This document shows positions 40,350-50,711 of a stretch of DNA of 64,000 nt, one piece after another (position 1 is the first letter of the stretch; each line of letters begins with the position of its first letter). Under the pieces are notes generated by a model, which searched no databases, was not told the origin of the DNA, and saw only the letters and a list, made by a program, of their open reading frames with translations. Source of the DNA: an uncultured Mailhella sp. (GTDB lineage Bacteria; Desulfobacterota; Desulfovibrionia; Desulfovibrionales; Desulfovibrionaceae); contig NZ_CALUWY010000003.1 in assembly GCF_944324615.1 (NCBI RefSeq), positions 20,559-84,558 of the forward strand, in the 5' to 3' direction. The position numbers and the translations under genes were made by a program.

Positions 40350-42863
40350 ATGCGCTTCAGGTCGTTCCCGGTGGGGATATATTTCAACATGCTGCTTTTT
40401 CTCGCGGTGGTTCTGCTGAGCGGCGGCGGCATGTACATGTTCCGCGACATTCTGCTGCGCAATGCCAGAAGTACGGGCATGACGCTGGCCGGCAACTATG
40501 CGGCCGAGGAGCAGAGCCGCCTTACCGCCTTCAGCACGCTGCTGGCCTTCGGAGCGGCCTCTGTGGACAAGCGGCTTCAGGAAGGGGACATCCCCTTCAT
40601 GGCGGAAGGTCTGGCCATGTTCTTCGACCGGGTGCAGACCGTGGTCGGGGAAGACAGAGTCACACCTTACATCATCGTCAACGGCATGACCATCGACCGG
40701 GAAGGCCGGATCAAGGACCTTCCCGAGTCTCTGGCCCGGGAGCGCGAATGGTACAGACTGGCCATGGCGCACCCCGAAGAAACCGTATTCACCAATCTTT
40801 ATGTGGATGTGGTGACGGGGGAACCCGTCATCACCGTGGCCCGCCGGTGCAGAACCTCCGACGCGGTGATTTTCTTCGATATCTTTTCCCAGAACTTCAG
40901 CTTCAAGGCCCTGCCTGAAATCATGACGCACAGGGATTCCTTTTTCCTCTGCGACGGCAACGGAGCCATACTCTACAGCCATACGGCGCTTTCCGCGGAT
41001 GATGATGTTGTACAGGACTATGTGACGAACCTTTTCCACAAGGTGAAGGCCGGTGATTTTGATGATTACCGGGCGCACATCATTGATCTGGACGGGGAAA
41101 AGCGCGCGGTGTACTATGCGAGACTCTTCAACGGCTGGTACACCATCTTCACCATGCCTTATGCGGAAATTCTGCAGAAAGCGGATGTTCTTTTCTACTT
41201 TCTGGCCGCCTTTTCGGGGATATTCTTCCTTTTTCTCGCCGTGTATTCCTGGCGCTTCGTGCGGACGAACGCGCTGGTGGAGAGCACCAACGAAACCGTG
41301 CGCGTGCTCGGCAATTCCTATTACGCCCTGTACCGCGTGGACTTCGGCAGCAACAGCTATGAAATGATCAAGGGCTCCGACTATGTTCGGCGCAGACTGC
41401 CGGAGGCGGGGGATTACGACGGCCTTCTGCAGGTGATCACGGAAGTCATAGAGCCGGAGGCCCGGGAGGAATTCATGCGCAATTTTTCCGCCGGGAGCAT
41501 CCGTTCCCTTGTGGCGCGCCGGGTGCGGGATTTCGGCGGCGACTTCCGGCGGCTCTTCGGCGAGGAATACCGCTGGGTCAGCGTGCATGTGCTGTTCGAC
41601 GAATCCCTTTCTCCCGAAGAGGCGGTCATCTGTTTCCGCGAAGTGGAGCAGGAAAAGCAGCGTCAGCTTCAGGAACGCAGACTCCTTCAGGAATCGCTGG
41701 AGAACTCCCAGCAGAGCGAAAAGGCGAAGCAGGCCTTCTTCAGCAATATGTCCCACGACATGCGCACGCCCATCAACGCCATCATCGGCATGTCCGACCT
41801 CGCAAGAAAGTTTCTGGATGACAGGGACAAGGTCAGAAGCTGCCTCGACAGAATCAATTTTTCCAGTCTTCAGCTCAAGAACCTCATCGACGACGTGCTC
41901 AACATGTCGCGCATGGAGCAGGGCAAGTTTGCCCTGAACAACCGTGAACTGGATCTGGAAAAGTGCGTCCGCGACTGCCTCGACGCCTACGCCGTGCAGG
42001 CGGAGATGGAGCACAAGACGCTGCGCGTGCAGCTTGATGTGAAGAATACCCATGTGGTGGGCGATTCCGTGCGCATCGTGCAGCTTCTGAACAATCTTGT
42101 CTCCAACGCCTTCAAGTTCACCTCTGCCGATGATGTGATTACCGTTTCCGTAACGCAGGTGGAAAAGCGGGAATCCGAGGATTTCGCCAAGTATGTGTTC
42201 GTGGTGTCCGATACCGGCACCGGCATATCGAAGGAGTTTCTCCCGCATCTGTTCGAGCCCTACACGAGGGAAACCCGTTTTTCCGCCAGGAACGTGGCCG
42301 GAACGGGACTCGGCATGTCCATCACCAAGAGTCTGGTGGAACACATGAACGGAGAAATCCGTGTGGAAAGCACCCTCGGAACTGGCAGTACCTTCACCGT
42401 GGTTCTGCCCTTTGCCGCGGCCCGAAAGACGGGTGAGTCCGCTGCGGCGGAACAGGGACCCGACATGGAAGTGCTGAAGGGAAGGCATATCCTGCTTGCC
42501 GAAGACAACATGGTGAACATGGAACTTGCCGTGGAAATGCTTTCCATGAACGGCATGGAGGTTTCCCAGGCATGGAACGGCCGCGAGGCCGTGGAGCTTT
42601 TCGCCGCTTCCGAACCCTTTTTTTTCCATGCCGTGCTCATGGATATGCAGATGCCGGAAATGGACGGCTGCGAGGCCGCAAGGCGCATCCGCGCCATGAA
42701 CCGGCCTGATGCCGGGAGAGTGCCCATCATTGCGGTGACGGCCAACGCCTTTGCCGAGGACATCGTTTCCACCAAGGCCGCAGGCATGGATGTGCATGTC
42801 TCAAAACCAATTGATTTTAAATATCTTTTTCAGGTATTGGAAAAATTCTTGAAGAAGGATTGA
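40350..42863 (+). CDS. Hybrid sensor histidine kinase/response regulator (Cache-like sensor)
   Basis: Two TMs, EREWY Cache-like segment, H-box SNMSHDMRTP, NLVSNAFKFT, DTGTGI, GTGLG, REC MDMQMP; start at ATG 40350. Confidence 0.92.
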   Translation: MRFRSFPVGIYFNMLLFLAVVLLSGGGMYMFRDILLRNARSTGMTLAGNYAAEEQSRLTAFSTLLAFGAASVDKRLQEGDIPFMAEGLAMFFDRVQTVVGEDRVTPYIIVNGMTIDREGRIKDLPESLAREREWYRLAMAHPEETVFTNLYVDVVTGEPVITVARRCRTSDAVIFFDIFSQNFSFKALPEIMTHRDSFFLCDGNGAILYSHTALSADDDVVQDYVTNLFHKVKAGDFDDYRAHIIDLDGEKRAVYYARLFNGWYTIFTMPYAEILQKADVLFYFLAAFSGIFFLFLAVYSWRFVRTNALVESTNETVRVLGNSYYALYRVDFGSNSYEMIKGSDYVRRRLPEAGDYDGLLQVITEVIEPEAREEFMRNFSAGSIRSLVARRVRDFGGDFRRLFGEEYRWVSVHVLFDESLSPEEAVICFREVEQEKQRQLQERRLLQESLENSQQSEKAKQAFFSNMSHDMRTPINAIIGMSDLARKFLDDRDKVRSCLDRINFSSLQLKNLIDDVLNMSRMEQGKFALNNRELDLEKCVRDCLDAYAVQAEMEHKTLRVQLDVKNTHVVGDSVRIVQLLNNLVSNAFKFTSADDVITVSVTQVEKRESEDFAKYVFVVSDTGTGISKEFLPHLFEPYTRETRFSARNVAGTGLGMSITKSLVEHMNGEIRVESTLGTGSTFTVVLPFAAARKTGESAAAEQGPDMEVLKGRHILLAEDNMVNMELAVEMLSMNGMEVSQAWNGREAVELFAASEPFFFHAVLMDMQMPEMDGCEAARRIRAMNRPDAGRVPIIAVTANAFAEDIVSTKAAGMDVHVSKPIDFKYLFQVLEKFLKKD

Positions 42864-42914
42864 TTCTCTCCCCTGTCCGTGCTCTGCCAAAGGGGGCTTT
42901 TCTCAGGATAGCCC

Positions 42915-45476
42915 ATGAAGAAACAAAGCAGCCGTCTTTTTCTGTTCAGCCTGTTCAGTGCCGTTTTCTGTACCGGTCTTTTCGTCTGGAGCACCGTTTC
43001 CATGATGCGCCAGGGGCAGGAGTCCGGCCAGGTCGTCGGTGAAATCTACATGAACACGGTGAACTTTCAGATGCAGCTTCACTTCCGTTCCGTCATCGAC
43101 CTGAAGCTGGAACAGGTGGAGAGCATCATCACCGATATTCCGCCGGAAAGCGTGGAGGAATACGGGCCTGATCTGACAATGAAGCTGGACGCGGGGGCCA
43201 GTGTGCGGCGCTTCACCTATCTTGCCCTGTACGATACGAAGGGCCGTGCCGACGTGGTTTCCGGCGAAGAGGTGAACATACGCGACAAGGAGGCCTTTCT
43301 GCGCGCGCTGAACGCGGGCGAGAAGAACATCACTTCCGGTGTGACCGCTTCGGGAAAGGAGCTGCTCATCATAGGGCTTTCCGTGGGCTATCCCCATACT
43401 GAAGGCTACCCCATGCGTGAGGGCGGACGCTGCACGGCCCTTGTCGCCGGGCTGCCGCTCAACTACATCAGCGAGGCCCTGTCCCTGAATACGGACAAGT
43501 CCATGGTCTTTTCCCAGATCATCCGCAAGGACGGCACCTTTGTGCTCAAGGATTCCGGTGCGGGGGACAACTACTACGGCCGCCTTCTGAACGAGGCTCT
43601 TGAACAGGGCAGAAACGGAGAAATGCTCTTCTCCCTGCGGGACGATATCGCCAACGGCAGGGAACACATGATGTTCGTGACCGTGGAAGGGGAAAGGCTG
43701 CACATGCACGGCTCTCCTCTGGCCAACAGTGAATGGTATCTTCTGACGGTGATGCCCCACGGTTCTCTGGATGAGCTTATTTCCGGCATGTGGACGCGCC
43801 GCCTGTACATGTCCGTGGGCATGGGACTGCTGCTGCCTCTGCCCATTCTTGCCATGTTCTTTTTCTATTCCCGCGACTCGCGGAGGCAGATTGCGGCGCT
43901 GGAAAAGGCCAAGAGCGACGCCGACAGGGCAAGCCATGCCAAGAGCGAATTTCTTTCCAACATGAGCCACGACATACGCACGCCCATGAACGCCATTGTG
44001 GGCATGACGGCCATTGCCGCCGCAAGCCCTGAAAACACGCCGCTGGTGCAGGACTGCCTGCGCAAGATCACACTTGCCAGCAGGCATCTTCTCGGGCTCA
44101 TCAACGACGTGCTCGACATGTCGAAAATAGAGCACGGCAAGCTGTCGCTCAACATCAGCGTGGTTTCCCTGCGCGAGATCATCGAAGAGGTGGTCGGCGT
44201 GGCCCAGCCTCTGGTCAAGGCCAAGAATCAGCAGTTCGACATCTGCATCCACGATATTCTTTCGGAGAACGTGTATTCCGACGGCGTGCGCCTCGGGCAG
44301 GTGCTGCTCAACCTGCTTTCCAACGCCCTGAAGTTCACGCCCCGGGAAGGCACCGTGCAGGTGAATCTTTCTCAGGAACCTTCTCCGCTGGGTGAGAATT
44401 ATGTGCGTACCCACCTTCGCGTGAAGGATACGGGCATGGGCATGAGCGAGGAGTTCCAGCGGAAGATTTACGACACCTTCTCCCGCGAGGACAACGAGCG
44501 CATCCACCGCATAGAAGGTTCCGGGCTCGGCATGTCCATCATGAAATACATCGTGGACCAGATGAAGGGCACCATAGAACTGCACAGCGCCCTGGGCAGG
44601 GGCACGGAATTTCACATCACGCTGGACATGAAGAAGGCCGAGTCCCAGACGGGGCCCATGGTGCTCCCCGGCTGGAATGCCCTGGTGGTGGACGACGACG
44701 AAAATCTCTGCCGCAGCGCCGCGTATTTCCTCAAGGACATGGGCGTGCACGCGGAGTGGACGACGGACGGTGAGAGCGCCGTGAAGATGGTGGAAAAGCA
44801 CCATGAACAGGGGCTGGACTATCACCTTGTGCTGCTTGACTGGAAGATGCCGGGCATGAGCGGCATGGAAACCGCAAAGCAGCTGCGCGAACATCTGGGA
44901 GACGATGTGCCGGTGCTGCTCATTTCCGCCTACGACTGGAGCGACATCGAAGAGGAGGCCCGTACGGCGGGCATATCGGGCTTCATTGCCAAGCCTCTTT
45001 TCAAGTCTACGCTTTTCCACGGCCTGCGGCCCTTTGCGGAACGCGGGGGCGCGCTGGAACAGAAGAAGGAGGAGGACGAGGACTTCGGCAGGGGCAGAAG
45101 GCTTCTTCTGGCCGAGGACAACGAACTCAACTGGGAAATTGCGAGTGCTCTTCTGGAGCAGCACGGCTTCATTCTGGACTGGGCGGAAAACGGGCAGATC
45201 TGCGTGGAGAAGTTCAAGGCTTCCGAACCGGGCTGGTACGACCTTGTGCTCATGGATGTGCGCATGCCGGTGATGGACGGCTACCAGGCCGCCCGTGCCC
45301 TGCGCGCGCTGGATCGGCCGGACCGCAACATTCCCATCATCGCCATGACGGCCGACGCCTTTTCCGAAGACATACGCTGCTGCCTGCAGAGCGGCATGAA
45401 CGCCCATGTGGCCAAGCCCCTCGACATGAAGGTGCTGCTGCGTCTTATTCAGAAGTATCTCAGAAAGGAGGCCTGA
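42915..45476 (+). CDS. Hybrid sensor histidine kinase with two receiver domains
   Basis: Two TMs, SNMSHDIRTP, NLLSNALKFT, GSGLG, REC1 LDWKMP, REC2 MDVRMP. Confidence 0.93.
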   Translation: MKKQSSRLFLFSLFSAVFCTGLFVWSTVSMMRQGQESGQVVGEIYMNTVNFQMQLHFRSVIDLKLEQVESIITDIPPESVEEYGPDLTMKLDAGASVRRFTYLALYDTKGRADVVSGEEVNIRDKEAFLRALNAGEKNITSGVTASGKELLIIGLSVGYPHTEGYPMREGGRCTALVAGLPLNYISEALSLNTDKSMVFSQIIRKDGTFVLKDSGAGDNYYGRLLNEALEQGRNGEMLFSLRDDIANGREHMMFVTVEGERLHMHGSPLANSEWYLLTVMPHGSLDELISGMWTRRLYMSVGMGLLLPLPILAMFFFYSRDSRRQIAALEKAKSDADRASHAKSEFLSNMSHDIRTPMNAIVGMTAIAAASPENTPLVQDCLRKITLASRHLLGLINDVLDMSKIEHGKLSLNISVVSLREIIEEVVGVAQPLVKAKNQQFDICIHDILSENVYSDGVRLGQVLLNLLSNALKFTPREGTVQVNLSQEPSPLGENYVRTHLRVKDTGMGMSEEFQRKIYDTFSREDNERIHRIEGSGLGMSIMKYIVDQMKGTIELHSALGRGTEFHITLDMKKAESQTGPMVLPGWNALVVDDDENLCRSAAYFLKDMGVHAEWTTDGESAVKMVEKHHEQGLDYHLVLLDWKMPGMSGMETAKQLREHLGDDVPVLLISAYDWSDIEEEARTAGISGFIAKPLFKSTLFHGLRPFAERGGALEQKKEEDEDFGRGRRLLLAEDNELNWEIASALLEQHGFILDWAENGQICVEKFKASEPGWYDLVLMDVRMPVMDGYQAARALRALDRPDRNIPIIAMTADAFSEDIRCCLQSGMNAHVAKPLDMKVLLRLIQKYLRKEA

Positions 45477-45582
45477 GCGTTTCTCAGGCAGTGTTCTGAG
45501 CTGTGATGTATATACAAAAAGCGGCCCTTACGGGTCGCTTTTTCTGTCTCTTCGGCAGTGATGCGGAGAAGGCTCCGCTTTT

Positions 45583-46839
45583 TTACCGGTATTCGCGGAT
45601 GAGGGCGGCGATGCGTTCTATGCCGGTCTTCACCACGTCGCGGCTGGGCCCGTAGGAGAAGCGCACCCAGCTCTTGTAGGGTTCTTCGGCCGGACGGGTG
45701 CGGTAGGGGCGCACGTCGAAGAAGCGGCCGGGCACCGTCATGACCTTGCGGGAAAGGCAGGCGTGGAAGAAGGCGTCCGCATCGTTGAGCGGGGCGGGAA
45801 GGTCGCGGATGCTGGCCCACACATAGAAGGTGCCGCGCGGTTCGGCCGCGGGGCGTATGCCGAGTTCCGCGAGACCGTCCAGCATGATCTTGCGCTTCAG
45901 GGCAAATTCCGCACGCAGGGCGGTGGTTTCCTGTTCCACACGGCTTTCTTCCAGCGCGGCGAGGGTGGCGCGCTGGGCGAGCATGGAGGGGCCGCCGTCC
46001 ACGGCGCTGGCCGCGAGGTTCAGCATTTCAATGATGTGCCTGGGACCCACGGCCCAGCCGGCGCGTCAGCCGGGGTAACGGTGACTCTTGGTGAGACCGT
46101 CGGAGAGCACCACCGGATCCGTGTCCGCGTCTTCCACGAATTCGGCCACGGGACCGCTCGCGGGAGAACCGTCTTCGTTGTAGATGAAGTGGGAATAGAA
46201 TTCATCGCTTCCCAGAAGGCAGTGTTCGCGCCGTGCGGTGGCCACATAGCTTTCCAGCGTGTCGCCGCTGATGAGTTCGCCCGTGGGGTTGCAGGGGGTG
46301 GAGAACACAAAGACGTTCGCCTTTTCCTGAACGATGAAGTTTTCCAGCGTTTCCCGGAATGGAGAAGGCATTTTCTTCCGAGGCGCGGAAGGGCGCAGCA
46401 CGCAGCGGTTGTGCAGGCTGTAGAGGTAGTCTTCGTAGGCGGTATAGTCGGGGTTCTTGTAGGCGATGCGCGCACCGTCGGCCAGAATGGTGTACAGGCG
46501 GGAGAGGGCGAGACGTCCGCCGCTGGCGAAGCTCACGTTGTCCGCCGTGTACTTGGAGCGGCCCCTGCGGCAGGTTCTGTTGACCATGTCGGCTAGGGCT
46601 TCGCGCACTTCGCCCGTGCCGCCCACAGGACCGTAGGCGTGGTCGGCCGGGGCGATGTCGATATGGTTTATGGGTTCCGGTGCGCCGGGCATGTCGCCCA
46701 CGTCGGGCTGATCCCGGCCGAGGTTGCACCAGTCGGGATGACCGTTCCAGAAACCGAGTTTCGAGGCTTCATGCACGACCCGGATAACGCCCATGCGGGG
46801 CACGTCGCGCGCCATGGGGAAAGAGGGGGGAGTATCCAT
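45583..46839 (-). pseudogene. PLP-dependent class I/II aminotransferase, interrupted by in-frame TGA
   Basis: STPCNPTG, SDEFY, DGLTKSHRYPG-TGA(46068-46066)-RAGWAVGP; the two ORF-track pieces are in the same frame. Confidence 0.85.
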
Positions 46840-46990
46840 GAATACGGCTCATTGGCATGGTTGGTGTTGTACTTCCCTTTCCGGGAAGAACAAATGCCCG
46901 GCAAGACTGTTTCCGGCTTTTTACCGTGCAGAACAAGACCCCGCGCAGAGCGGGGAAGACAGGGAAGCACCCGCGTTGCGTGAAAGCGCG

Positions 46991-47569
46991 CTAGTCCAGC
47001 TTTTCCAGCGGCGTGTAGGTACCGTCGGGGTTGGGACGGAACACATAGTGTTCTTTCAGGAAAATGATGTCCTTGCGGTGCACGGACTGAAGTTCGGCCA
47101 GAATGGCGGCGCGGGCCACCACGTTCGCGCCGGCGGCGCGGGCCAGAGATTCGATGGCTTCAATGGATTCACCGGTGGCGATGACGTCGTCGATGAGGGC
47201 CACTCTCTTGCCCCTGATCTTTTCCGCTTCGCATCCGTCCAGCCAGAGGGTCTGTTCCTTCTGCGTGGTCACGGAGAACACGGAATGGGAAATGGCGTTC
47301 TGCATGTAGGGCTTGCGGCTCTTGCGCGCCACCACGAAGTCCTTCATGCCCATGAGACGGCTCATTTCATAGGTGAGGCAGATGCCCTTGGCCTCGGCGG
47401 TCATGAGCACGTCCACCTCGGGCAGGCGCTTGACGAGTTCGGGCGCCACGACCTGGATGAGTTCGGTATCGGAAAGCACGACGAAGCTGGCAAGGGCGAG
47501 GTTGTCCCCGATCTTCACAAAGGGAAGCTTGCGCTTGAGTCCCATAATTTCAAAGTCAAAGTATTCCAC
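46991..47569 (-). CDS. Type I phosphoribosyltransferase (adenine/xanthine PRT-like)
   Basis: TAEAKGI, ARKS.K, ALIDDVIATGES PRPP-binding loop. Confidence 0.85.
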   Translation of the reverse strand: MEYFDFEIMGLKRKLPFVKIGDNLALASFVVLSDTELIQVVAPELVKRLPEVDVLMTAEAKGICLTYEMSRLMGMKDFVVARKSRKPYMQNAISHSVFSVTTQKEQTLWLDGCEAEKIRGKRVALIDDVIATGESIEAIESLARAAGANVVARAAILAELQSVHRKDIIFLKEHYVFRPNPDGTYTPLEKLD

Positions 47570-47644
47570 ATGGCCTCCTGGCGTTTTTCGTGGGAAAGTT
47601 TCGGCCCCGCCTGCGCGGGAGGCGCGGGCGGGGCGTGACGGATA

Positions 47645-49162
47645 TTACTGCAGGTAAACGGGGGCTCCGGGGCCGAGAGGCAGGTCGAGCTGCATCCAGA
47701 TGATGAGGAAGAGGCCCCAGAAGAAGAGTATGCCGAGGGCGTAGGGCAGCATCAGGGAAATGATGGTGCCGAGACCGGCGTTTTTCGCGTATTTCTGCGC
47801 CACGCCGATGACGAAGGCCATGAAGGGTTCGAGAGGCGATATGGCGTTGGTGGTGGAGTCGGCCACGCGGTAGGCGGCCTGGATGAAGTAGGGGGAAAGC
47901 TGCATCTGCATGAGCATGGGCACGAAAATGGGGGCGAGCAGGGCCCATTTCGCCATGGCGCTGCCGATGAAGAAGTTGATGCAGGCAGTGAGCAGGAGGA
48001 AGGAAACCACCAGCGGTATGCCGGAGAATCCGGTATTATTGAGGAAGTTGGCTCCCTGAATGGAAAGGTACATGTCGAGGTTGGTGTAGGCGAAGCTCGA
48101 CACGAACTGACCGGCGGCGAAGCAGAGCACGATGAAGGGGGCGAATTCCCGCATGGAACGGCTCATGTAGCGCACCACGTCCTTGTCGCTGCGGATGGTG
48201 CGGGTGCTGACGCCGTAGGGGATGGACACGGCCAGGAAGAAGCCCAGAAGAATGGGCACGAGAGAATCGAGGAAGGGGGAGGGAACGATGCCCCAGGTCT
48301 TGGGGTTGCGCAGGATGCCGTGTTCGGGCACCACGGTGAGCAGGATGAGGAAGATGTAGATCACGCCGCCGATGAGGGCCGCGCGCAGACCGCGGCGTTC
48401 TTCGGGCGTAAGGGACATGTCTTCGGTTTCCATGGCGCCTTCGTGCATGGCCACGCCTTCAAGACGGGGTTCCACGAATTTTTCCGTGAGGAACACGATG
48501 ACGGCCGTGACCACGAAGGTGGAAACCGCCATGAAGTACCAGTTCACGGCAGGATGCACGGTGAAGTTCGGGTCGATGATCTGGGCGGCCTGCTGGGTGA
48601 TGGCGGCAAGGCCCACGTCGGTGCCCACCACGAGAATGTTGGCGTTGAGCCCGGCGGCGCAGCCTGCAAAGCCCGTGGCCATGCCCGCGAGGGGATTGCG
48701 GCCGAGGCCCTTGAAGATCATGGCGCCGAGGGGAGGCACCACCACGAAGGCCGCGCTGGAGGCCATGTTGCCCATGACGCCGCAAAAGGCGATGATGGCC
48801 GTCACCATGCTGCGGGGCGCGCTGAGAATACTGCCGCGCAGAACGGCGGAAAGAAGACCGATTTCTTCCGCTACGCCGAGGCCCAGCATCATGACGAGCA
48901 CAAGGCCCAGAGGCTTGAACTTCACGAAGTTGTCCACGCAGCTTTTAAGGAACCAGGTCAGGCCGTCGGCCGAGGCGAGGCTCTTCACCACCAGGGATTT
49001 GCCCTTGGGGTCGATCATGGGAGTTCCCTGCAGAAGGAAGGAAAGCACCATGACCACCAGCGTGAGGATCAGAAAGATGGTGACGGGGTGGGGCAGCCTG
49101 TTGCCGGCCCGTTCTATGAAACCGAGTATGCCGGAAAGGTTTTCAATCTGTTCTTTTGCCAT
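47645..49162 (-). CDS. abgT: AbgT family transporter
   Basis: IERAGNRLPHP, FKPLGLVL, GRNPLAG, GSAMAKW, AYRVADSTTNAISP; start probably ATG 49162. Confidence 0.9.
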   Translation of the reverse strand: MAKEQIENLSGILGFIERAGNRLPHPVTIFLILTLVVMVLSFLLQGTPMIDPKGKSLVVKSLASADGLTWFLKSCVDNFVKFKPLGLVLVMMLGLGVAEEIGLLSAVLRGSILSAPRSMVTAIIAFCGVMGNMASSAAFVVVPPLGAMIFKGLGRNPLAGMATGFAGCAAGLNANILVVGTDVGLAAITQQAAQIIDPNFTVHPAVNWYFMAVSTFVVTAVIVFLTEKFVEPRLEGVAMHEGAMETEDMSLTPEERRGLRAALIGGVIYIFLILLTVVPEHGILRNPKTWGIVPSPFLDSLVPILLGFFLAVSIPYGVSTRTIRSDKDVVRYMSRSMREFAPFIVLCFAAGQFVSSFAYTNLDMYLSIQGANFLNNTGFSGIPLVVSFLLLTACINFFIGSAMAKWALLAPIFVPMLMQMQLSPYFIQAAYRVADSTTNAISPLEPFMAFVIGVAQKYAKNAGLGTIISLMLPYALGILFFWGLFLIIWMQLDLPLGPGAPVYLQ

Positions 49163-49263
49163 AGCCTGAAGCTCCTTGGCATGTTGAGGATGGGGACAGG
49201 TGTACAAAGGCATCACGCCGCAAGCATGCTCGCGCCGTGATGCCTGGAATCTGGGGGAAGGGA

Positions 49264-50451
49264 TCAGTCAAGATCGTCGGTGGCGTTGAAGGCGTCGCGC
49301 GAGCTCTGGCGGAGTTCCGGGTTCATGATCACGTCATACCCCGTCATGCTCATGGCCTTTGCCGCCATGAGCATGCCGTTGTAGCCGCTTTCGGAATGGC
49401 TGGCTTCCGCAAAGGCCGGGCTGTGGCCCACGAGATCGGCGCTTCCTATGGAAATATAGGGATGGATGGAAGGCGCCTTGAAGCTGACGTTACCCATGTC
49501 GGTGGAATAGCTGCTCTGCACTTCCTCGATGTAGTTTTCACCGAGCAGTTCGAGGTTTCCGGCAAAGGCGTGCAGCAGGGGCATGTTGTGCCGCATGGTG
49601 TAGTAGGGATGGGCGGAATGACGCCAGGAGAAGGTGCAGCCGAGAGCCTGGGCGCAGCAGCGTGCGCAGTTGACCACGCGGTCGATGGTGGCGTTCAGGG
49701 TTTCGGGCTTGCGGGCGCGCACGCCGTAGCGCAGGCGGGCGAATTCGGGAATGGTGTTGATGGCGGTGCCGGTATCGGTGAGCAGGCCGTGGATGCGCAC
49801 GTCGTGCGTCATGTGCTGGCGCAGGCTGTTGATGCCCATCACGGCCAGGGCCGCGGCGTCCATGGCGTTGATGCCCTTTTCCGGCGCGCCGGCGGCGTGG
49901 GCGGGCTTGCCGTGGAAGTCCATTTCAAGGTTGGCGCGGGAAATGAGCTGCTGCTTGAGAATGGTGCGGCCTTCGGCATGGGCGGCGATCACGGCGTCCA
50001 TGTTGTCGAAAAGCCCCGCGTCGGCCATGGGTACCTTGCCGCCGGCATCCCTTACATTGCCTTCTTCCGCCGGGGTGCCGAACACATGCACGGCGCCTGC
50101 GGGAAGGTGGCGGGCAAGGGCTATGGCCGCGCCGCAGGAAGCCGTGCCGAACAGGTTGTGCCCGCAGGCATGACCGAGACCGGGGAGCGCGTCGAATTCC
50201 GCAAGAAAGGCCACCTGGGGGCCGTCTTCGGAGCCGTACACGGCGTGGAAGGCCGTGGGCATGTCGAGCAGGTTGCGTTCGACGCGGAAGCCGTTTTCTT
50301 CCAGAAAATCGGCGAGGCGGGCGGAGGATTTGAACTCCTGATAACCGAGTTCGGGTTCGGCGAAGATGGCGGAGGCGATATCCTTCATCTGTACGGAAAG
50401 ATTCTTGATCTCATCGAGCAAAAGGCGCTTCTCGGGCGTGAGTTCGGGCAT
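49264..50451 (-). CDS. M20 family amidohydrolase (AbgB/HipO-like)
   Basis: PELGYQE, AEFDALPG.GHACGHN, GTPAEEG, GKPAHAA..P, STDMGNVS; start probably ATG 50451. Confidence 0.9.
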   Translation of the reverse strand: MPELTPEKRLLLDEIKNLSVQMKDIASAIFAEPELGYQEFKSSARLADFLEENGFRVERNLLDMPTAFHAVYGSEDGPQVAFLAEFDALPGLGHACGHNLFGTASCGAAIALARHLPAGAVHVFGTPAEEGNVRDAGGKVPMADAGLFDNMDAVIAAHAEGRTILKQQLISRANLEMDFHGKPAHAAGAPEKGINAMDAAALAVMGINSLRQHMTHDVRIHGLLTDTGTAINTIPEFARLRYGVRARKPETLNATIDRVVNCARCCAQALGCTFSWRHSAHPYYTMRHNMPLLHAFAGNLELLGENYIEEVQSSYSTDMGNVSFKAPSIHPYISIGSADLVGHSPAFAEASHSESGYNGMLMAAKAMSMTGYDVIMNPELRQSSRDAFNATDDLD

Positions 50452-50711
50452 GGGGCTTCCTTTGGCGGCATGGATACAGGGAAGTGTTCCAAGCACCTTA
50501 CTCATTAATGAGGGGGGAGGCAAGGAAAAGAGCGCGCTTCCGTGAAATAGGTGCGGAGAAAGAGGGCGCACGGCTCAGGCGCGCCCCTGTTGTTCATCCG
50601 GGATGAATTTTTTCCATCCATGCTTTCAGGCGCCACAGCCTGCGGCCGGGCTTTCCCTCCCCGGCGCGTGCATGGCGCGGGCGTTCCGTCCCGGCCGGAA
50701 CGCCCGGAGCG

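Noticed and set aside
46066-46068. Selenocysteine recoding of the aminotransferase TGA
   Set aside because: The position corresponds to a Trp and other decay signs are present.
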